The notes under the pieces are model-generated. The model was not told where the DNA came from and searched no databases. It saw only the letters and a list, made by a program, of their open reading frames with translations. This document shows positions 26,819 to 32,000 of a stretch of 32,000 nucleotides of DNA, piece after piece. Numbering within the stretch: position 1 is the stretch's first letter; each line of letters begins with the position of its first letter. Source of the stretch: an uncultured Candidatus Neoarthromitus sp. (lineage in GTDB: Bacteria; Bacillota; Clostridia; Clostridiales; Clostridiaceae); NCBI GenBank assembly GCA_937890765.1, contig CALADQ010000012.1:29043-61042 (forward strand). Direction: 5' to 3'. Made by a program: the position numbers and the translations under genes.

Positions 26819-29406
26819 TTATTTTTTACTAACCTTTTGCAATCTTCAACTATTTCGTTAAGTTTTCCCAACGCAACAACAGGAGTCAAATTCATAATAT
26901 CAATAGAAGCAATTTCCTCAAATATTTTTTGCAATTCATCGCTATCGTCAATGGTCTTCTCTTCAACAAAATTTATTGAATTGTATTTGTGTTGAATTAT
27001 ATCTTTACATTCAATTTGCTTTTCCAAATTTACCAAAACATTTTTTGCAATATCAATTATTTCATGATTTAGCCCTGCAAGTTTTGCAACTTCAATTCCA
27101 TAAGATTCATCTACAGCACCACGAGCAACCTTTCTCAAGAAAATTAAATTATCTCCAATTTTCTTAGCAGACACGCTATAATTTTTCACGCCAGAAATAA
27201 CTTGTTCAATTTGAGTTAACTCATGATAATGCGTAGCAAATAATGTTTTAGGCCTTAGTTTACTTATGGAAGTTAAATATTCAACAATTGCATACGCAAT
27301 ACTAACTCCATCATAAGTGCTTGTTCCCCTTCCTATTTCATCTAAAATTATTAAACTATCTTGAGTGAAATTTTCTAAAATGTACGCAACTTCTTTCATC
27401 TCAACCATAAACGTACTTCTTCCAGTTGATAAATCATCAGCTGCACCTATTCGCGTAAAAATTTTATCGCATACAGAAATTTTAGAAGAGGACGCCGGAA
27501 CGAAACTTCCCATTTGTGCCATAATCACAATTAAAGCAACTTGTCGCATAAAAGTTGATTTTCCTGCCATATTCGGCCCAGTTATAATATGTAATTGTTC
27601 TTCAAAATTATTTAAATACACATCGTTAGGAACATAACTTAATTTATTTATTAACTTTTCAATTACAGGATGACGTCCATTTTCAATTTCAATTATTCCA
27701 TCATCACTCATAATTGGTTTTACATATTTATTTTCAAAAGCAACTTTCGCAAGAGAAAATAAACAATCAATAATTGCTATATTTTTAGAAACATTCTTAA
27801 TTCTTGAAACATTTTTTTCAACTTGGTCTCTTATATTTACGTAAATTTTGTATTCCAAATCGTTAAGCTTATCTTCAGCATTTAAAATTTGTTCTTCTAA
27901 ATTTTTAAGCTCTTCCGTTATGTATCTTTCAGAATTCGCTAAAGTCTGCTTTCTTACATATCTATCTTTAGGCACTAAATCATAATTAGATTTGTTTACT
28001 TCTATATAGTAACCAAAAATTTTATTATATCCAATTTTCAAAGCCTTTGGCTTGATTCCAGTAATTTCTTTTTCCTTTTTTTCAACCTCAAGCAAACAAT
28101 CTTTAACATTACTTTTTAAATATTTAAGCTCATCGACTTCCTTATTATAACCCTCTTTAATTATGGAACCTTCCTTCAAAGAAATTCCTGCTTCATCTGA
28201 AATAGAAACTTCAATTAAATCATAAATATCGTCAAGGACATCGAAGTTATCATAAATATCTCTAAGCATTGGAGAGTTGAAAGAAATTAAAACCATTTTT
28301 ATATCTGGCAAAAATTTAATACATTTTTTCAGAATGAGAATTTCTTTTGGGTTGATTGAAAAATTTGAAATTTTAGCTATAATTCTATCGAGATCTGATA
28401 TGCTTGAGAGCAATGAAATTAATTTTTCATGCAAATCATAGTTGTTCATTAATTCTTCAACAGAATTTTGACGTTTCACTATTTTGCCTAACTTAAGCAA
28501 CGGTTTTTCAATCCACTGTTTAAGAAGACGTGCTCCCATGGAAGTATTTGTTTTATTTAAAACCCAATAAAGAGTTGATTTTTTAGAATTGTCCCAACTG
28601 TTATAAATAAGCTCCAAATTCTTTTTAGAATTTTTGTCTATCAAAAGATAATCATACACGTTGTAAAACTCTATGTTTTTAATGTTGGATAAATTTATTT
28701 TTTGTGTTTCATATACGTAATTGTAAAATCCTCGTATAGAATTTAATTGAACTTCTTTTAAACTTTTACTTTTATCAATTGATTTTTGAAATTTATCAAC
28801 ATGAAAAAAATCTAAATCTTTAACGGTAACTGAAAATTCATGTTGAAAATGAGATATAAAGTTATCAAAATCAAATTGTTCATTCACAATGACTTCTTTT
28901 GGAGAAAATTTCATAAGTTCATCAATCAAGAAAGAATTTTTTTCCAACAAAGTACTATAAACTTCTCCTGTCGTTATATCTCCAAACGTAACTCCAAAAT
29001 TTTCAGAATCAGAATCAAAAAATATTGTAGCCAAAAATATATTTTCATCAATTTCATTTGCGCTTTCATCAAAATATGTACCAGGAGTTATTATTTTTAC
29101 AACATCACGTTTAACAATTCCTTTTGACAAATTAGCATCCTCAACTTGCTCGCAAATCGCAACCTTAAAACCTTTATTCACAAGTTTCGATATGTAATTA
29201 GACGATGCAACATATGGAATTCCACACATTGGTGCTTTCTCTTCAAGCCCGCACTCTCTACCAGTCAACACAAGTTCTAATTCTTTTGAAGCTATTTTCG
29301 CATCTTCAAAAAACATTTCATAAAAATCACCCAAACGGAAAAACACAATACAATCTTTATATTTATCTTTAATTTGCAAATACTGACTCATCATTGGCGT
29401 TATCAT
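26815..29406 (-). CDS. mutS: DNA mismatch repair protein MutS
   Basis: TPMMSQYLQIK and the mismatch-binding motif GDFYEMFFEDA. Walker A GPNMAGKST, Walker B LIILDEIGRGTST and FATHYHEL. The SD AGGAGA lies 8 nt upstream of the ATG. Confidence 0.97.
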   Translation of the reverse strand: MITPMMSQYLQIKDKYKDCIVFFRLGDFYEMFFEDAKIASKELELVLTGRECGLEEKAPMCGIPYVASSNYISKLVNKGFKVAICEQVEDANLSKGIVKRDVVKIITPGTYFDESANEIDENIFLATIFFDSDSENFGVTFGDITTGEVYSTLLEKNSFLIDELMKFSPKEVIVNEQFDFDNFISHFQHEFSVTVKDLDFFHVDKFQKSIDKSKSLKEVQLNSIRGFYNYVYETQKINLSNIKNIEFYNVYDYLLIDKNSKKNLELIYNSWDNSKKSTLYWVLNKTNTSMGARLLKQWIEKPLLKLGKIVKRQNSVEELMNNYDLHEKLISLLSSISDLDRIIAKISNFSINPKEILILKKCIKFLPDIKMVLISFNSPMLRDIYDNFDVLDDIYDLIEVSISDEAGISLKEGSIIKEGYNKEVDELKYLKSNVKDCLLEVEKKEKEITGIKPKALKIGYNKIFGYYIEVNKSNYDLVPKDRYVRKQTLANSERYITEELKNLEEQILNAEDKLNDLEYKIYVNIRDQVEKNVSRIKNVSKNIAIIDCLFSLAKVAFENKYVKPIMSDDGIIEIENGRHPVIEKLINKLSYVPNDVYLNNFEEQLHIITGPNMAGKSTFMRQVALIVIMAQMGSFVPASSSKISVCDKIFTRIGAADDLSTGRSTFMVEMKEVAYILENFTQDSLIILDEIGRGTSTYDGVSIAYAIVEYLTSISKLRPKTLFATHYHELTQIEQVISGVKNYSVSAKKIGDNLIFLRKVARGAVDESYGIEVAKLAGLNHEIIDIAKNVLVNLEKQIECKDIIQHKYNSINFVEEKTIDDSDELQKIFEEIASIDIMNLTPVVALGKLNEIVEDCKRLVKNK

Positions 29407-29433
29407 AATGAAATTCTCCTAAGAAATTAAATT

Positions 29434-30768
29434 TTAAATTTGTTCACCTTCTAAAGAAAATGATTTAGGTTTAGTGATTTTAACTTTTACAATTTTGCCG
29501 ATAGAATTTTCATCTCCAATAAAATTAACTAACTTTCCATTCTCAGTTCTTCCACTTAATTTTGCAGAATCATTTTTCGACGCGCCTTCAACCAAAACAT
29601 CAACAATTTTATCTTGATACGTTGAATTTATTTCAGCACAAATATTATTAACAGTTTCTACAAGTCTGTTAAATCTCGCATGCTTAACTTCATCTGGAAT
29701 TTGGTTTGGCATAATGTCCGCACGCGTATACTTTCTGTTTGAATATAAAAACATAAATGCTGAATCATATCTAACTCTCTTAACAAGATCGAGAGTTTCT
29801 TCAAATTCTTCTTCCGTCTCTCCAGGAAATCCAACAATTATATCTGTTGTAATTGCTAAATCTGGAATCAACGATTTAATTTTTTCAATTTTTTCTAAAT
29901 ACTCTTCTCTTGTATAATGTCTGTTCATAACTTTCAAAACTCTATTCGAACCACTTTGAACAGGCAAATGAAGTTGATTGCAAACCTTATCACAATCTTT
30001 CATAACCTCAATTAAATCATCTGAAAAATCTTTTGGATGTGATGTCATATACCTAATTCGTTCAATTCCATCAATCTCATTTATTTTTCTAAGTAACTTT
30101 GGAAAATCTATATCTTCTTCTAATCCTCTTCCATATGAATTTACATTTTGGCCTAACAAAGTTATCTCTTTGTATCCTTCAGCAGCCAAACCTTTAATTT
30201 CATTTATAATGTCTACAGATTTTCGCGATTTCTCCTTACCTCTAACCTGAGGAACAACACAATAAGTACAGAAATTATTGCAACCATACATGATAGTCAC
30301 AAAAGCTTTTAAAGAGCTTTTTCTATCTATCGTCATTCCTTCGACAATTTCATCTGAACCAGATTCAATTTCAAGAATTCGTTCATCATTCATTATTACA
30401 CGATTTAAATATTCAGGAAATTTATGTAGATTATGAGTTCCAAAAATAATATCAACAAAAGGATATTTTTTAGATATTTCTTGTGGAATTCCTTTTTGTT
30501 GCATCATGCAACCACAAACAGCGATTATAAGATTTTTCTTTTGTCTTTTTAATCCTTTAAGTTGTCCAAGATTTCCATGAACTTTTAGTTCAGCATTTTC
30601 CCTAACGCAACAAGTATTAAAAATTATAACATCAGCTTCGTTTCTATTTTCGCAAGCACGATATCCCATGGATATAAGCATACCAGATAATTTTTCTGAA
30701 TCTTCTTCATTCATCTGGCAACCCCACGTTTCAATAAAATAGAATTTATTTTTTTGCAAAATATTCAA
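29434..30768 (-). CDS. miaB: tRNA-2-methylthio-N6-dimethylallyladenosine synthase MiaB
   Basis: N-terminus [17 protein letters not shown], radical-SAM [11 protein letters not shown], and a C-terminal TRAM domain. The TTG start at 30768 is tentative. Confidence 0.92.
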   Translation of the reverse strand: MNILQKNKFYFIETWGCQMNEEDSEKLSGMLISMGYRACENRNEADVIIFNTCCVRENAELKVHGNLGQLKGLKRQKKNLIIAVCGCMMQQKGIPQEISKKYPFVDIIFGTHNLHKFPEYLNRVIMNDERILEIESGSDEIVEGMTIDRKSSLKAFVTIMYGCNNFCTYCVVPQVRGKEKSRKSVDIINEIKGLAAEGYKEITLLGQNVNSYGRGLEEDIDFPKLLRKINEIDGIERIRYMTSHPKDFSDDLIEVMKDCDKVCNQLHLPVQSGSNRVLKVMNRHYTREEYLEKIEKIKSLIPDLAITTDIIVGFPGETEEEFEETLDLVKRVRYDSAFMFLYSNRKYTRADIMPNQIPDEVKHARFNRLVETVNNICAEINSTYQDKIVDVLVEGASKNDSAKLSGRTENGKLVNFIGDENSIGKIVKVKITKPKSFSLEGEQI

Positions 30769-30805
30769 TATTAAAACCTTGCCCCTTTCATTAATTTGTC
30801 AGCTA

Positions 30806-30834
30806 ATTATAACACATAAAAAGGACATCAACAA
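30806..30834 (-). promoter_or_regulatory. Probable sigma-A promoter of the miaB-mutS-mutL-miaA-ynbB operon
   Basis: On the minus strand: TTGTTG (30834-30829), 17 nt, TATAAT (30811-30806), preceded by TG (TGTTATAAT). Confidence 0.5.
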
Positions 30835-30976
30835 CTTAAGCCGACATCCCTAATTTTAAAATTTCAACATTTTTAAATACAAAATAATTTAATATTCTTT
30901 AACAAAACATAAAAACGGAATAAATTGTATTATTTACAACAAAATAAAAACTACATTATATTTATCACATGCAAAA

Positions 30977-31207
30977 TCAAATTAAATCTTGATTCCATTT
31001 TTTAAAATGTCTTTCTCCAATTCCGTCTTCAAGCAATTTATATTTTTGTATTAAACTTTTAATTATCCTATCATCGTCAATGGTAAATTCCGAAAAGGTA
31101 CTTGCTGCCTCTTTATATCCTAGCCCGAATCCTAATTCAAACCCTAATTCAAATCCGTTTTTATAATTGTCATCTAACACTTCCTGTTTTTCAACAAAAA
31201 AAGCCAT
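30977..31207 (-). CDS. Hypothetical small protein (76 aa) with a GFELGFELGFGLGY glycine-repeat
   Basis: ATG 31207 is preceded by GGAGGA at 7-nt spacing, and the gene has its own promoter-like sequence. I recognise no family. The track's TTG 31222 start lies inside the SD. Confidence 0.5.
   Translation of the reverse strand: MAFFVEKQEVLDDNYKNGFELGFELGFGLGYKEAASTFSEFTIDDDRIIKSLIQKYKLLEDGIGERHFKKWNQDLI
31118..31153 (-). repeat. Three tandem 12-nt units inside the small ORF (encoding GF[EG]L repeats)
   Basis: Plus-strand units are TCCTAGCCCGAA, TCCTAATTCAAA and CCCTAATTCAAA. Units 2 and 3 match at 11/12 positions; unit 1 is diverged at 8/12. Confidence 0.7.
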
Positions 31208-31266
31208 AAAGTCATCCTCCAATTATATTTTGATTAATTAAGCTAATTAAGATTATGTTAAGATAG

Positions 31267-31294
31267 ATTCTATCATAAAATAAATTCATGTAAA
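31267..31294 (-). promoter_or_regulatory. Probable sigma-A promoter of the small ORF
   Basis: On the minus strand: TTTACA (31294-31289), 16 nt, TAGAAT (31272-31267), with TG giving an extended -10 (TGATAGAAT). Confidence 0.45.
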
Positions 31295-31382
31295 ATAGAA
31301 TTTGGATTTACATAAAAATTTGATTTGACTAATTTTGTTATAAAAACGTTTATTTCATTTGCAATCTCAATTTTTTTCAAAA

Positions 31383-31411
31383 TTAAAAAAAGACACTTTA
31401 AAAAGTGTCTT
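31383..31411 (-). terminator. Intrinsic terminator after the ABC ATPase gene
   Basis: On the minus strand AAGACACTT pairs with AAGTGTCTT (9 bp, 4-nt loop), followed by a run of about 7 T. The first arm overlaps the stop codon (31410-31412). Confidence 0.8.
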
Positions 31412-32000
31412 AAACATATTGAGTCATTTCAATTAACTTTTCCACAAAATCACTTGCAGGATTATTCCTAACCTCTTCAGTCCTGCCATATTGTTGAATT
31501 TTTCCTTTATCCAAAACTAGAGTGTGGGTGCTTAATTTAAATGCCTCGTTAATGTCGTGAGTTATGAAAATAACAGTGCAATTTGTTTTATTGTGAATTT
31601 CTTTTAAATCTTTTTGTAATTGACATCGCGTTATTGAATCAACAGCTCCGAAAGGCTCGTCCATCAACAATATATCCGGATTATTTGCGTAAGCTCTTGC
31701 AATTCCAACTCTTTGTTGTTGCCCACCAGATAATTCATTTGGATATCTACGTTTAATATTTTCATCTAAATTAACTAATTTCAACATTTCAGAAACAACT
31801 TGTGCAACTTCTTCTTTAGGTTTTTTTTCAAGTCTTGGAACATAACCTATGTTTTCTTCAATTGTCATGTGAGGAAATAAACAATTTCCTTGAATGGCAT
31901 ATCCAATTTTCTTACGCAAAGAAATTAAATTTTCTGAAAAAATATTTTTTCCACGTATTAGGATTTCACCGCTATCAGGTTGTATTAAACCATTAACCAT
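31410..32000 (-). CDS. ABC transporter ATP-binding protein, ProV/OpuC-like (quaternary-amine/osmoprotectant type), N-terminus outside the window
   Basis: Q-loop region YAIQGNCLFPHMTIEENI, signature YPNELSGGQQQRVGIARA, Walker B ILLMDEPFGAVD, and H-loop FITHD. The ORF runs to the window edge. The protein ends shortly after the NBD with no CBS pair. Confidence 0.85.
   Translation of the reverse strand: MVNGLIQPDSGEILIRGKNIFSENLISLRKKIGYAIQGNCLFPHMTIEENIGYVPRLEKKPKEEVAQVVSEMLKLVNLDENIKRRYPNELSGGQQQRVGIARAYANNPDILLMDEPFGAVDSITRCQLQKDLKEIHNKTNCTVIFITHDINEAFKLSTHTLVLDKGKIQQYGRTEEVRNNPASDFVEKLIEMTQYV

Noticed and set aside
31208-31222. TTG 31222 as the start of the small ORF.
   Set aside because: That codon is part of the GGAGGA Shine-Dalgarno sequence that serves ATG 31207 at ideal spacing.
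31236-31263. A dif-like right arm, ATTATGTTAAGA, in the spacer between the small ORF and the ABC gene.
   Set aside because: Only the TTATGTTAA core matches. The implied left arm (AATTAAGCTAA) matches the Firmicute dif left arm at about 6/11 positions and lacks the inner palindromy. This is most likely chance in AT-rich DNA.
1-32000. Window-wide look for CRISPR arrays, tRNA/rRNA/tmRNA genes, riboswitches or T-boxes, toxin-antitoxin pairs and defence islands.
   Set aside because: The intergenic spacers are short, at most about 210 nt, and are explained by promoters and terminators. I saw no regularly spaced repeats, no cloverleaf-like GC-rich segments, and no unassigned multi-gene block. A covariance-model scan would be needed to exclude small ncRNAs formally.

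Overview
This is an AT-rich, gene-dense chromosomal segment from a low-GC Firmicute. The gene order looks Clostridia/Tissierellia-like, but I cannot name the species. All calls rest on reading the supplied translations for conserved motifs and on remembered synteny; no searches were run.

The content is almost entirely core housekeeping. Twenty-two genes lie on the + strand: the polC 3' end, rimP-nusA-ylxR-infB-rbfA-nrnA-truB-ribF, rpsO, pnp, ymxH, aspartate kinase, tepA, ftsK, rimO-pgsA-recA, rny, spoVS, ptsH and a Xer-family tyrosine recombinase. At about 22.77 kb the orientation flips. A tightly packed minus-strand operon follows (miaB-mutS-mutL-miaA-ynbB), then an orphan 76-aa ORF and the 3' part of a ProV/OpuC-like ABC ATPase. 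The order mirrors the B. subtilis polC-to-mutL region in compacted form.

I saw no CRISPR array, IS or transposon, prophage, tRNA or rRNA, toxin-antitoxin pair or recognisable defence gene, and I do not see a convincing novel multi-gene system.

The best leads are all modest:
- A perfect 11-6-11 palindrome sits 24 nt upstream of the lone xer gene. It resembles a dif-type core site but is also a textbook terminator.
- The strand convergence 1 kb further on may mark the replication terminus.
- An orphan small protein carries a GFELGFELGFGLGY repeat.
- Several leader or terminator architectures stand out: a possible nusA-operon attenuator and promoters embedded in terminator hairpins.
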